From: an uncultured Oscillospiraceae bacterium
Lineage (GTDB): Bacteria > Bacillota > Clostridia > Peptostreptococcales > Anaerovoracaceae
Direction of reading: 5' to 3'
NCBI GenBank assembly: GCA_964345275.1
Contig: CAYFQD010000006.1
Location: 812-64,811 of the forward strand
DNA length: 64,000 bases
In this document: positions 1 to 10,300 of the stretch, piece after piece
Layout: each line of letters starts with the position of its first letter
Numbering within the stretch: position 1 is the first letter of the stretch
Made by a program: the position numbers and the translations under genes
The notes under the pieces: generated by a model
The model's input: the letters and a program-made list of their open reading frames with translations, nothing else
Databases searched by the model: none
What the model was told of the DNA's origin: nothing

Positions 1-3000
1 TGAAAAATGCAGTTATAAATTTGCCTGATCCATCCGGTTCATCTCCACCGGAGAATCCCCCGGGAATGAATATCATCTGAGTTCCTGCCAGCTTGCCGGC
101 AAACTTTTCGAGAGAATCCAAGATAGCTTCCGCACTCATGTTTCTGATTATAAACGCTTCGGCTTCAGCGCCAGCCCTCTCAAGGGCTATGGCGGAATCA
201 TACTCGCAGTTTGTTCCCGGGAACACCGGAATGAGAACTTTTGGCTTTGCGACCTTTATAACGGAGGAGTTCAATTCTCTTCCGTCTGTGTAATCCAGGT
301 CAGGGATATCTGGTCCGGCCGCATCTATATTGCACGGATATATACCCTCCAGCCGGCCTTCATAAATATGCAGAAGCCTTTCCAGAGTTATACTTTCGTT
401 ATCACCGGCCGAACCGCTCATGAAGCAGCCTTCAACATAAATGTTCGGAACCGCAACAGTATAGCCAAGGGTGAGAGCCTCAAACAAAGAGTCAGTTTCT
501 GCTTCAATATCCCTGTCCACCTCAATCAGAAAAGAACCGTAAGCATATTCAAACAGGTTATCCGCTGCCTCACCGCCAAAGGCTCTGTCATATTCAAACC
601 CTATCATATTTCCAAAACCCATCTTCATGACGGCTTCGGCCACACCTCCGGGTCCCGGAGTGTAAGCGGCATAAATAAGTCCATCTTTTATCATCCCGCT
701 TATCTTATGCATGACTTTGTTCAGGCTGTCCAGTTCAGGCAGCCCGTCCTCACCTGCAAACGGACGGACCCAGATTACCTTATGTCCCGGTGCTTTAAAC
801 TCATTTGAAATTACATCGTCCACATCTGCAGTGGTTACGGCAAAGGAGACCAGCGTAGGAGGGACATCCATATCTTCGAAGGAACCGCTCATGGAATCCT
901 TGCCGCCTATAGCTGCGATTCCCAGACTCTGCTGTACCCGCAAGGCACCCAGCAGTGCAGCCATAGGCTTACCCCATCTTCTGCCGTCTTTGCCCGGCTT
1001 CTCGAAATATTCCTGGAAGCTGAGGTATGTCTCGTTATTTCCGCCGCCTGCAGCTATAAGCTTGCAAACCGAGTCCACAACTGCCAGATATGCACCATGA
1101 TAAGGGCTCTCTGATGAGATAAACGGGTTGTATCCCCAGGACATAATGGAACATGTATCCCCGGTCATATGAGGATGAGAAATCTTCTGAGCCATAACCT
1201 GCGCCGGTGTCAGCTGATACCTGCCCCCGAAAGGCATAAGCACGGTACCGGCACCTACAGTTGAATCGAACTTCTCCGACAGCCCTCTCTTTGAGCAGAT
1301 GTTCAGATCCGCTGCCAGAGATTCATACCTCGAGGTAAATCCATCGCCCTGAAGTTCAAGCCCTCTGGTTTCTAATCCGGCGGCAGGAACAGTGACACTG
1401 ATATGCTTCTCCGCACCATTTGAATCCAGAAACTCTCTTGAGATATCAACAATGTTCTCACCTCTCCATCTCATAACGAGACGGGGTTCCCCGGTAACCG
1501 CCGCTACTATGGTGGCCTCCAGATTTTCATCCGCCGCCATTGCTTTGAATTTTTCCGCATCTTCAGCGGCAACCACCACAGCCATTCTCTCTTGAGATTC
1601 GCTGATTGCCAGCTCTGTTCCGTCAAGCCCTTCATATTTCCTCGGAACAGCATCCAGATTAATATCAAGACCGTCTGCCAGTTCTCCGATGGCAACGGAC
1701 ACACCTCCGGCACCAAAGTCATTGCACTTCTTTATGAGGCGGGATGCTTTCCCGTTTCTGAACAGCCTCTGTATTTTTCTTTCTTCCGGAGCATTGCCTT
1801 TCTGGACTTCGGCTCCGCAGCTCTCTAATGAACTCAAGTCATGTGATTTAGATGAACCTGTTGCTCCGCCGCAGCCGTCTCTTCCGGTTCTGCCTCCCAG
1901 GAGAATTATTGCATCACCGGGCTCCGGCTTATCACGAACAACATTTTCACATGGAGCCGCGCCGACAACAGCACCCAGTTCCATGTGCTTGGCGACATAG
2001 CCGTCGTGGTATATTTCCTCAACCAGCCCCGTAGTTACACCTATCTGATTTCCGTAAGAAGAGTATCCGTCAGCTGCAGCAGTCACTATTTTTCTCTGAG
2101 GCAGCTTGCCTTCAAGAGTTTCTTCCGGCGACTTAAGCGGGTCGGCAGCGCCGCTGATTCTCATTGCCGTATATACATATGCTCTTCCCGAAAGAGGATC
2201 TCTGATAGCCCCTCCGATGCAGGTTGCCGCACCGCCGAAAGGTTCTATTTCGGTGGGGTGATTGTGAGTTTCATTTTTGAACAAGAGCAGCCAGCCTTCT
2301 TCCTTACCGTTGAACTTAGCCTTGATTTTAACCGTGCACGCATTTATCTCATCGGATTCATCCAGATTATCCAGTTTACCTGCAGCCTTTAACGCCTTGG
2401 CGCCGATAGTACCAAGATCCATCAATGTTATGGGCCTGGTTCTTCCGATCTTTTTCCGCGTGGCCAGATATTCGTCATAGGCGGCAGCGGTAATTTCATC
2501 TTCAAACTCAACTTCATCTATAACCGTGTTAAATGTAGTATGCCTGCAGTGATCGGACCAATAGGTATCAAGCACCCTTATCTCTGTAATGGACGGATCC
2601 CTTTTCTCCGAGGCGAAATAGTCCCGGCACACTTTGAGGTCATCTGTATCCATAGCGAGACCCAGCTCCCCGATAAAGGCTTCCAGCTGATCGTCCCGCA
2701 GACCGGTAAAGCCATGTAGAATCTCAACTCTCTCCGGTACTTCATATTCGGTTTTCAAAGTCTCCGGCATTCCCTGTTCCGCTTCACGGGTTTCAACCGG
2801 GTTTATTACGAACTCTTTTATGGCTTTAATATCCGCCTCGTTCAGTTCGCCTTCAAGAACATAAACTTTGGCGCATTTTACAGCAGGTCTTTCCTGCTGC
2901 GAAATAATCTGTATACACTGAGCTGCCGAGTCGGCTCTCTGGTCGTATTGCCCGGGCAGTGCTTCAACGGCAAAAACAAAACCCTCGGCCCCGGCTTCAG

Positions 3001-3217
3001 CAAAATCTTCGTAAACCATATCAACCTGAGGCTCAGAAAAGACCTTGTCTATGCAAGTATCAAACAACTCCCTGTCAATATCTTCAACATCATATCTGTT
3101 CAGGACTCTCACCGCCTTAAGACCTTCAATACCCAGGAAAGTCTTTATCTCTGTCAGCATGGCCCTGGCTTCATTTGCCACTGTTTCCTTTTTTTCTACA
3201 TATACGCGGTAAACCAT
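1..3217 (-). CDS. purL: Phosphoribosylformylglycinamidine (FGAM) synthase, single-chain large type; 3' end lies outside the window
   Basis: Not in the ORF track because its stop lies left of base 1. Manual translation from ATG at 3217-3215 gives MVYRVYVEKKETVANEARAM...VLDTYWSDHCRHTTF. The same frame is still open at base 1 (AGKLAGTQMIFIPGGFSGGDEPDGSGKF, glutaminase-type motif). Last gene of the pur operon. Confidence 0.9.
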   Translation of the reverse strand, partial: MVYRVYVEKKETVANEARAMLTEIKTFLGIEGLKAVRVLNRYDVEDIDRELFDTCIDKVFSEPQVDMVYEDFAEAGAEGFVFAVEALPGQYDQRADSAAQCIQIISQQERPAVKCAKVYVLEGELNEADIKAIKEFVINPVETREAEQGMPETLKTEYEVPERVEILHGFTGLRDDQLEAFIGELGLAMDTDDLKVCRDYFASEKRDPSITEIRVLDTYWSDHCRHTTFNTVIDEVEFEDEITAAAYDEYLATRKKIGRTRPITLMDLGTIGAKALKAAGKLDNLDESDEINACTVKIKAKFNGKEEGWLLLFKNETHNHPTEIEPFGGAATCIGGAIRDPLSGRAYVYTAMRISGAADPLKSPEETLEGKLPQRKIVTAAADGYSSYGNQIGVTTGLVEEIYHDGYVAKHMELGAVVGAAPCENVVRDKPEPGDAIILLGGRTGRDGCGGATGSSKSHDLSSLESCGAEVQKGNAPEERKIQRLFRNGKASRLIKKCNDFGAGGVSVAIGELADGLDINLDAVPRKYEGLDGTELAISESQERMAVVVAAEDAEKFKAMAADENLEATIVAAVTGEPRLVMRWRGENIVDISREFLDSNGAEKHISVTVPAAGLETRGLELQGDGFTSRYESLAADLNICSKRGLSEKFDSTVGAGTVLMPFGGRYQLTPAQVMAQKISHPHMTGDTCSIMSWGYNPFISSESPYHGAYLAVVDSVCKLIAAGGGNNETYLSFQEYFEKPGKDGRRWGKPMAALLGALRVQQSLGIAAIGGKDSMSGSFEDMDVPPTLVSFAVTTADVDDVISNEFKAPGHKVIWVRPFAGEDGLPELDSLNKVMHKISGMIKDGLIYAAYTPGPGGVAEAVMKMGFGNMIGFEYDRAFGGEAADNLFEYAYGSFLIEVDRDIEAETDSLFEALTLGYTVAVPNIYVEGCFMSGSAGDNESITLERLLHIYEGRLEGIYPCNIDAAGPDIPDLDYTDGRELNSSVIKVAKPKVLIPVFPGTNCEYDSAIALERAGAEAEAFIIRNMSAEAILDSLEKFAGKLAGTQMIFIPGGFSGGDEPDGSGKFITAFF

Positions 3218-3219
3218 GT

Positions 3220-4494
3220 TTATTTCCTTTCTGCCTCAAGGGCTTTCCTGCCTATATCTTTTCTGTAATAAGCCTTTGCAAAAGAAATATTCTTAACATT
3301 TGCATAAGCGTCACAGATTGCAGATGACAGTGTCTCTGATCTGGCCGTTACCCCCAGGACTCTTCCGCCTGATGTAACCAGCTCCCCATTTTCATTGAGT
3401 TTCGTTCCGGCAAAGAAAACATCTATATTGCTGTCAAGCCTCCCTATGCTTATAGGGAAGTCCTTCTCGTAGCTCTCAGGGTAGCCGCCTGATGCAATTA
3501 CAACACAGCATGTAGAGTCTTTGGAAAAACGCACATCCACATCCTCCAGACTGCCGTCTGCCACAGCATTCATTATTGTGAAGAGATCGCTGTCCAGAAG
3601 AGGCAGAACCGCCTGGGTTTCCGGATCTCCGAAACGGCAGTTATATTCAATTACTTTCGGACCGTTATCAGTCAGCATAAGCCCGAAATAGAGGCATCCC
3701 TTAAAGGTTCTCCCTTCACTGTTCATGGCATCCATCGTAGGAAGGAATATTTTTTGCATACATTCATCTGCAATTTCCTCTGTATAGTACGGATTAGGGG
3801 CGACCACGCCCATGCCTCCGGTATTGAGACCCCTGTCTCCATCCAGGGCTCTCTTGTGATCCTGAGATGATACCATGGGAACAAGGGATTTGCCGTCGGT
3901 AAAACTGAGAACAGACACCTCCGGGCCCGTCAGAAATTCCTCGATTACTATTGTACTTCCGCTTTCTCCGAAAGCTTTAGCTTCCATCATGGATTTAACA
4001 GCATCAACTGCCTCCTGACGGGTTTCGGCAATAATTACTCCCTTTCCCAGAGCCAGACCGTCAGCCTTTACAACTGTGGGCATGGGTGCATCCTTCAGAT
4101 AATCCAGTGCAGCATCCGCATTGTCGAACACCCGGTATGCCGCTGTGGGGATACCGTACTTTTTCATAAGGTTCTTTGAGAAGACTTTGCTCGCTTCGAT
4201 AATTGCCGCCGCCCTGTCAGGTCCGAAGCACTTTATCCCTGCAGCTGTCAGCGCATCCACGGCACCTGCCGCCAGCGGATCATCGGGAGCAACCACAGCA
4301 AAATCAATGTCCTCTTTTATCGCAAAATCAACCTGTTCATCTATATCCATCACCCCTATGGAAATGCACTCCGCGTCGGCTGCAATGCCTCCGTTTCCCG
4401 GCAGAGCATAGAGCCTGTCGATGCGGGGATTCTCTTTGAGTTTCCTGATTATAGCGTGTTCACGACCGCCTCCGCCGATTACCATTACTTTCAT
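3220..4494 (-). CDS. purD: Phosphoribosylamine-glycine ligase
   Basis: MKVMVIGGGGREHAI... ATP-grasp GARS sequence. Start moved to the internal ATG at 4494, which is preceded by GGAGGA (atggaggaacctcaaATG). pur operon context. Confidence 0.93.
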   Translation of the reverse strand: MKVMVIGGGGREHAIIRKLKENPRIDRLYALPGNGGIAADAECISIGVMDIDEQVDFAIKEDIDFAVVAPDDPLAAGAVDALTAAGIKCFGPDRAAAIIEASKVFSKNLMKKYGIPTAAYRVFDNADAALDYLKDAPMPTVVKADGLALGKGVIIAETRQEAVDAVKSMMEAKAFGESGSTIVIEEFLTGPEVSVLSFTDGKSLVPMVSSQDHKRALDGDRGLNTGGMGVVAPNPYYTEEIADECMQKIFLPTMDAMNSEGRTFKGCLYFGLMLTDNGPKVIEYNCRFGDPETQAVLPLLDSDLFTIMNAVADGSLEDVDVRFSKDSTCCVVIASGGYPESYEKDFPISIGRLDSNIDVFFAGTKLNENGELVTSGGRVLGVTARSETLSSAICDAYANVKNISFAKAYYRKDIGRKALEAERK

Positions 4495-4513
4495 TTGAGG
4501 TTCCTCCATACTC

Positions 4514-5698
4514 TCAATGGTGAAAAAGTCTGATTCCATTGAAGACCATTGTGATTCCGTACTTATTGCATGTCTCTATAACCTGGTCGTCTCTCACCGA
4601 GCCTCCCGGCTCACTGACATATGACACCCCGCTCATTACGGCACGCTCTATACTGTCTCCAAAGGGGAAAAAGGCATCTGATGCCAGGGAACCGCCGGAC
4701 AGCCTCTCCAGATATTCTTTCTTTTTTTCGGAAGTCAGAGGCTCAGGCCTGCTGCTGAAAAACCTCTGCCATACGCCATCGGAACAAACATCTTCTTCAT
4801 TTTCATTGATGTAGGCATCAATGGCATTATCTCTGTCAGCTCTGGCGATTTTATCTTTAAAGGGCAGATTCAGCACTTTCTCATGCTGCCTGAGATGCCA
4901 TGTGTCCGCTTTGTCTGCCGCCAGACGGGTACAGTGAATTCTTGACTGCTGTCCGGCACCTATTCCGATGCACTGACCGTCCAGAGCGAAGCACACCGAA
5001 TTGGACTGAGTGTATTTGAGCGCTATGAGAGCTATGATGAGATCCCTCACGGCACTGTCCGGAAGTTCTTTGCTTTCCGTAACTATATTGGTCAGCAGGC
5101 TTTTGTCTATCTTAAGTTTATTGTGACTCTGCTCGAATGTAATTCCGAATACCTGCCTGCTCTCCGTTTCAGCGGCTTCATAGCCGGGATCAATCTTTAT
5201 CACATTGTAGTTTCCGCCCTTCTTCTTGCTGAGAACAGCAAGCGCTTCGTCTGTGAAACCCGGTGCAATTATACCGTCGGACACTTCTCTCTTGATTATC
5301 TTCGCAGTAACTTCGTCACACTCGTCCGAAAGGGCAATAAAGTCTCCGAAAGAGCAGAGCCTGTCCGTTCCTCTGGCTCTGGCATATGCACATGCCACAG
5401 GGGATTCGTCCAAGCCCTGGATGTCGTCAACAAAACAGGCTTTTTTCAAGGTGTCGCTCAGAGGAATCCCAACCGCGGCGGATGTGGGGCTGACATGCTT
5501 GAAGGAAGTCGCTGCCGGAAGTCTCGTAGCTTCCCTCAGCTCCTTTACAAGCTGCCATGAGTTAAATGCGTCCAGAAAATTGATGTATCCCGGCCTGCCG
5601 TTGAGTATTTCAATGGGAAGCTCGCTTCCGTCCGCCATAAATATTTTCGCTTTTTCCTGATTGGGATTGCAGCCGTACTTTAGCTTAAACTCTTTCAT
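4514..5698 (-). CDS. purH: AICAR formyltransferase-only PurH (no N-terminal MGS/IMP cyclohydrolase domain)
   Basis: MKEFKLKYGCNPNQ...SFKHVSPTSAAVG...GAGQQSRIHCTRLA...SDAFFPFGDSIE...LFHH matches the AICARFT domain. At about 394 aa it is too short to hold an IMPCH domain. Start chosen at the MKEFKLKYGCNPNQ methionine (5698). Confidence 0.85.
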   Translation of the reverse strand: MKEFKLKYGCNPNQEKAKIFMADGSELPIEILNGRPGYINFLDAFNSWQLVKELREATRLPAATSFKHVSPTSAAVGIPLSDTLKKACFVDDIQGLDESPVACAYARARGTDRLCSFGDFIALSDECDEVTAKIIKREVSDGIIAPGFTDEALAVLSKKKGGNYNVIKIDPGYEAAETESRQVFGITFEQSHNKLKIDKSLLTNIVTESKELPDSAVRDLIIALIALKYTQSNSVCFALDGQCIGIGAGQQSRIHCTRLAADKADTWHLRQHEKVLNLPFKDKIARADRDNAIDAYINENEEDVCSDGVWQRFFSSRPEPLTSEKKKEYLERLSGGSLASDAFFPFGDSIERAVMSGVSYVSEPGGSVRDDQVIETCNKYGITMVFNGIRLFHH

Positions 5699-7025
5699 TC
5701 TTATTAATAATCCTTTCTTCATATTCTCCGGTTTTTGCATCCGTATACCTGACATACAGTGAAATTCTGTTATCCCTGTCCAGGTTCTCCCAGATAAGCT
5801 CCGTAAACTCCCCTATATCCTCGGGTATACTCACTCTCAAGGGTTCGCCTCTGAAAGCCGGGAGCGGATTGCCGTCTCTCACATAGGTATGGATAAAGTG
5901 CCCCAGACCCGCTTCAGGCTCATAATTAAAAGTATATCTGCTGCATCTGGAACCCTCCCTGTCCGCACTCTTGAGAATGCTGAGCTTGTAGGAAAAATCC
6001 TCCTCATCAAAAGTTATCATCCCGCTGATTCTCGGCGTCAGGTTGGGATAATCAGGTTCAAATTTTCTGGTGCTCAGCGCCTCCTCAAAGGTTTTGCCTG
6101 CTTCCAGATAGTCGTATATGGTATCCGTCTGGTCACCGTTTGTGACGATGAGATTATTTCCGGATTTTCTTATAGCCGCATAGATAATCAGTGACGGATC
6201 CTCAAGCTTCGAGGGATCAAAAGGTTCCGTAAACAGCTCCTCTCCCCGGAGAGAAAAGACTCTGTTTCTGCTGTTTTCGCTCCTGCCCATTATGAAGTAG
6301 GCACTCACTGCCTTGCCTGACTCCCTGCTCTTGCCCAGCACGATTCCGCGGCCCACATATGAATTGTCCGCAATGATATTACCTATGCTGTTTGTTCCGT
6401 AACTGCTCATTTCTATCTCCTTTGCCTCCGCTATATCCTTACAGACCATCTCTACAGCCCTTGGGAGAATCTGCCACTCCGCTTCAGCCATTACTCTCTT
6501 CTGAAGAATTTTTGCCGTGTCACCTTTCTTGACGGGCACCGCTTTCTGCATGATAATCTTTCCGCCATCGGGATTTTCGTTTACAAAATGCACTGTGGCA
6601 CCCGTCACCTTGACCCCGTATTCCAGTGCCATCTCATGCACCTTCAGACCGTAGCAGCCTTTACCGCAAAAAGACGGTATCAGGGACGGATGAATATTTA
6701 TTATTCTGTTCTCATATCTCTTCACGAAGTCGCTGCTGAGAATATTCAGAAACCCCGCAAGCACTATAACTTCAATTTCATACTCCTCCAGCTTCTCAGC
6801 CAGCTTACGCTCGAATTCTTCCTGTCCGCCGCACATCTTTTTCGTTATGACAACTGCATCTATCCCCGCCTTCTCTGCACGCTTCAGACCGTAGGCTATG
6901 GAATTTGAGGATATCACCAGCTTTATGCGGCCGCTTCTGATTATACCTTCCTTCTGAGCATCGATCAGTGCCTGCAGGTTGGTTCCTCCTCCGGAAATGA
7001 GAACCGCTATATCAGTCTTTTTCAT
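5685..7025 (-). CDS. purN: Fusion protein: GAR formyltransferase (PurN) N-terminal half + PurO-type IMP cyclohydrolase C-terminal half
   Basis: The N-terminal half (MKKTDIAVLISGGGTNLQALIDA...NIHPSLIPSFCG...ATVHFV) carries PurN motifs. The C-terminal half (SYVGRGIVLGKS...AYFIMGRSENSRNRVF...IVTNGDQTDTI...FEPDYPNLTPRISG) carries archaeal-type IMP cyclohydrolase motifs. Single uninterrupted 446-aa ORF. Confidence 0.85.
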   Translation of the reverse strand: MKKTDIAVLISGGGTNLQALIDAQKEGIIRSGRIKLVISSNSIAYGLKRAEKAGIDAVVITKKMCGGQEEFERKLAEKLEEYEIEVIVLAGFLNILSSDFVKRYENRIINIHPSLIPSFCGKGCYGLKVHEMALEYGVKVTGATVHFVNENPDGGKIIMQKAVPVKKGDTAKILQKRVMAEAEWQILPRAVEMVCKDIAEAKEIEMSSYGTNSIGNIIADNSYVGRGIVLGKSRESGKAVSAYFIMGRSENSRNRVFSLRGEELFTEPFDPSKLEDPSLIIYAAIRKSGNNLIVTNGDQTDTIYDYLEAGKTFEEALSTRKFEPDYPNLTPRISGMITFDEEDFSYKLSILKSADREGSRCSRYTFNYEPEAGLGHFIHTYVRDGNPLPAFRGEPLRVSIPEDIGEFTELIWENLDRDNRISLYVRYTDAKTGEYEERIINKNERV

Positions 7026-7046
7026 TTTCTCCTCCGGTATTAATTA

Positions 7047-8087
7047 TTACTCCAGGATAACTCCCTCTTCGGATTCAACGACTTCACCCAGGATATATGG
7101 TTCCTCGCCGCTTCCTCTCAATATTTCCAGCGCTTCGTCCGTATTGCCGGCGCCGACTATACATATCATGCCGACGCCCATGTTAAATGTATTATACATA
7201 TCGTGCTCCGATATGTTTCCACGCTCTGCAATCAGATCAAAAATCGGAAGGGTTCTTACATCGCTCTTCTCTATTTTCGCACCCAGCCCGTCAGGCAAAG
7301 CCCTTGGAATATTTTCATAAAATCCGCCTCCGGTAATATGGGCAACGGATTTAACTTCTACTTTTTTTATCAGGTTCATTACCGCTCTGACATATATCTT
7401 TGTAGGCGTAAGCAGAGTCTCCAGAAGGCTCTTTCCTCCCAGGGCCTCCTCATGACCTGTAATATCTGAACTTTCCACATCGAAAACTTTTCTTACCAGG
7501 GAGAAGCCGTTTGAGTGTACGCCGCTTGAAGGCAGCGCGATAATCTTATCCCCCGCGCTGACCTTCCCTTTGTCAAGTACCTTCTTTTTGTCAACGATTC
7601 CCACAGCAAAGCCTGCCAGATCATATTCATTTTCAGGGTAAAATCCCGGCATCTCCGCCGTTTCGCCACCGATAAGTGCTGCTCCCGACTGAACACATCC
7701 CTCTGCAACTCCCCTGACAATCTGTGCAATTTTTTCAGGGAATATTTTCCCGCATGCGATGTAGTCCAGAAAAAACAGAGGCTGTGCCCCGCAGCATACA
7801 ATGTCATTTACACACATGGCTACAGCGTCTATACCTATTGTGTCATGCCTGTCTGCAAGAAATGCCAGCTTCAGTTTGGTTCCAACACCGTCTGTTCCGC
7901 TTACGAGAACCGGCTCCTCCATTCCCGAAATATCAGGCGCAAAGAGACCTCCGAATCCACCCACATCTGACAGCACTCCCGGCGTCATTGTTCTCGTCAC
8001 ATGATCCTTCATAAGCTTAACTGCCTCATATCCGGCAGTAATATCCACTCCGGATGCCGCATAGGCATCTGATTTAGAATTATTCAT
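7047..8087 (-). CDS. purM: Phosphoribosylformylglycinamidine cyclo-ligase (AIR synthetase)
   Basis: 346 aa with typical PurM sequence ([16 protein letters not shown]...[12 protein letters not shown]...DYIACGK...[10 protein letters not shown]). Confidence 0.95.
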   Translation of the reverse strand: MNNSKSDAYAASGVDITAGYEAVKLMKDHVTRTMTPGVLSDVGGFGGLFAPDISGMEEPVLVSGTDGVGTKLKLAFLADRHDTIGIDAVAMCVNDIVCCGAQPLFFLDYIACGKIFPEKIAQIVRGVAEGCVQSGAALIGGETAEMPGFYPENEYDLAGFAVGIVDKKKVLDKGKVSAGDKIIALPSSGVHSNGFSLVRKVFDVESSDITGHEEALGGKSLLETLLTPTKIYVRAVMNLIKKVEVKSVAHITGGGFYENIPRALPDGLGAKIEKSDVRTLPIFDLIAERGNISEHDMYNTFNMGVGMICIVGAGNTDEALEILRGSGEEPYILGEVVESEEGVILE

Positions 8088-8105
8088 TTCCTCTCCTTAC
8101 TTACC

Positions 8106-9527
8106 TTACTTGCCGGTCCAGCAATATGTACACACTTTACATGGATCAAGTCCTATTGCCTCTAAAATATTATCCACTCTCTGATAGCCCATGGAATCGA
8201 ATCCCAGCTTCTCACATATGGCATTTCTCAGAGCTTTGCCTCTCTCCGTGGTTCCGTCACTGTATTCGCTTATATGCTTATCGCCTTCCGGTCCTTCCAG
8301 TTCCGCAATAATGCTTCTTGCCAGAAGTTCATCATCCCTGTTCTGTCTTGAGAATGTCAGATACTTGCAGCCGAACATTACAGGCGGACATGCTGACCGC
8401 ATGTGTACTTCTCTGGCGCCGTTCTCATAGAGAAAATCTATTGTCTCTTTCAGCTGTGTCCCCCGTACGATGCTGTCATCCACAAAGAGAAGCTTCTTGT
8501 CCCTGATGAGCTCTTTTACCGGCACCATCTTCATCTTGGCCACACGGCTCCTCTGCTCCTGGTTCATAGGCATAAAACTCCTGGGCCAGGTGGGCGTATA
8601 CTTGATAAAGGGTCTGGCGTAGTTTATGTCCGTTTCGTTAGCGTAGCCGATAGCGTGGGGAATACCTGAGTCAGGAACACCCGCAACAAAATCCATATCG
8701 AAACTCTCACCGCATTCTCTGTCCAGCTGCGCCAGCAGGTGTCCGTTTATATTTCTCATCCTTTCGACATTTTTACCTTCGTAAGCGGAATTCGGGTAAC
8801 CGTAGTAAGTCCAGAGGAATGCACATATCTGCATCTCTTCTCCCGGTTCAACCAGCGTTCTGACCGAATCGGCGGTAATTTCCACAATCTCTCCCGGTCC
8901 CAGTTCCTTGATGGTTTCATAACCCAGCTTCTCATATGCGAAGGATTCGAAAGCCAGACTGTGACCCTCCTCGTCTTTGCCTATGAGCATAGGTGTTCTG
9001 CCGTATTTATCTCTGGCTGCAATGATGTCGCCATTCTCCTTCATTATGAGGATTGACGCGGAGCCTTCAATAGAATTCTGTGCGAAAACTATCCCGGCCT
9101 CGAAGCTGCTCTTCTGGTCTATAAGAGAAGCCACTATTTCCGTAGAATTTATTCTGCCTCCGCTCATGGCATCGAAATGTCCGCCGCTGAATGAAAGGTA
9201 TGACTGCATCAGCTGTTCCTTATTAAGAATGTTTCCCACTGTAATAATCGCGTATGTTCCAAGATTGGATCTTATGAGCAAAGGCTGCGGATCGCTGTCG
9301 CTGATACAGCCTATCCCCGCCTTTCCCGCAAAATCTTCTCTGACTCCCTCAAACTTGGTTCTGAAAGGTGAGTTTTCTATATTATGTATTTTTCTCTGGA
9401 ATCCGTAATCGTCGTTCATGATTGCCATGCCGCCGCGTCTCGTCCCAAGATGTGAATGGTAATCCGTACCGTAAAAAATATCCATGACGATATCTCTTCT
9501 TGATACCGCACCGAAGTAACCGCCCAT
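8106..9527 (-). CDS. purF: Amidophosphoribosyltransferase-like protein, divergent form lacking the N-terminal Cys nucleophile
   Basis: 473 aa. PRTase core motif LLFVDDSIVRGTQ and a Cys-rich C-terminus (CKVCTYCWTGK). The N-terminus reads MGGYFGAVS instead of (M)CG(I/V)xG. It occupies the purF position in the operon. Confidence 0.8.
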   Translation of the reverse strand: MGGYFGAVSRRDIVMDIFYGTDYHSHLGTRRGGMAIMNDDYGFQRKIHNIENSPFRTKFEGVREDFAGKAGIGCISDSDPQPLLIRSNLGTYAIITVGNILNKEQLMQSYLSFSGGHFDAMSGGRINSTEIVASLIDQKSSFEAGIVFAQNSIEGSASILIMKENGDIIAARDKYGRTPMLIGKDEEGHSLAFESFAYEKLGYETIKELGPGEIVEITADSVRTLVEPGEEMQICAFLWTYYGYPNSAYEGKNVERMRNINGHLLAQLDRECGESFDMDFVAGVPDSGIPHAIGYANETDINYARPFIKYTPTWPRSFMPMNQEQRSRVAKMKMVPVKELIRDKKLLFVDDSIVRGTQLKETIDFLYENGAREVHMRSACPPVMFGCKYLTFSRQNRDDELLARSIIAELEGPEGDKHISEYSDGTTERGKALRNAICEKLGFDSMGYQRVDNILEAIGLDPCKVCTYCWTGK

Positions 9528-9571
9528 TTACTTGTCCTTTCCTTATCTGCCGGAAACAGAGATTATGCCTG

Positions 9572-10270
9572 CTATACCGTCATCGCTGCGAAAAACAGCT
9601 CCGACAGAGTCATCGGATCTACATACTCTCCATCCTTATATACTCTCATATTACCTGAAGCAATTTCGTCGATGAGCATTACTCTGTCATCCGCATCGTA
9701 TCCGAATTCGAGCTTGATATCATAAAGAACAAGGTTCTTTTCTCTCAGGTCATCGGCAACAATCCGGGTTATTTTCTGTGTCATTGCCTTCATATCCTCA
9801 TACTGCTCATCGGTCATTACACCCAGAACTATGAGCCCATCCTTAGTTACCAGCGGATCACCTTTCTCATCATTCTTAAAAGTCATCTCTACATATTCAG
9901 GCAGATCGGCACCTTCCTCAATGTATTCCCCATATCTCCTGAAGAAGGAACCCACCGCCTTGTGCCTGCAGATTACTTCCAGTCCCTTCCCGAACACTCT
10001 GGCAGGCTTAACCGTCATGGTCGTGCTTGCCGGATCTGCGCTGACATAGTGAGTAAGAATACCGGCAGCGTTTATCTTTTCGAAGAAATATGCTGACATT
10101 CTGAGATTAGCATAACCGACCCCTTCTATTGTCAGGCCAACAGCATTTCCACCCGGATCAAAAACCCCGTCCCTGCCGGTGCAGTCATCCTTAAAAACCA
10201 GCAGATAGTTGCCATCTTCCTGCTTGTAAACATCCTTAGTTTTTCCCTTATAAACCAGTTCGCTCTTCAT
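9572..10270 (-). CDS. purC: SAICAR synthetase
   Basis: [15 protein letters not shown]...; the internal ATG at 10270 is preceded by GGAGGA (aacggaggaaaagATG). Confidence 0.95.
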   Translation of the reverse strand: MKSELVYKGKTKDVYKQEDGNYLLVFKDDCTGRDGVFDPGGNAVGLTIEGVGYANLRMSAYFFEKINAAGILTHYVSADPASTTMTVKPARVFGKGLEVICRHKAVGSFFRRYGEYIEEGADLPEYVEMTFKNDEKGDPLVTKDGLIVLGVMTDEQYEDMKAMTQKITRIVADDLREKNLVLYDIKLEFGYDADDRVMLIDEIASGNMRVYKDGEYVDPMTLSELFFAAMTV

Positions 10271-10300
10271 CTTTTCCTCCGTTAAAATAAGTATCACAAT

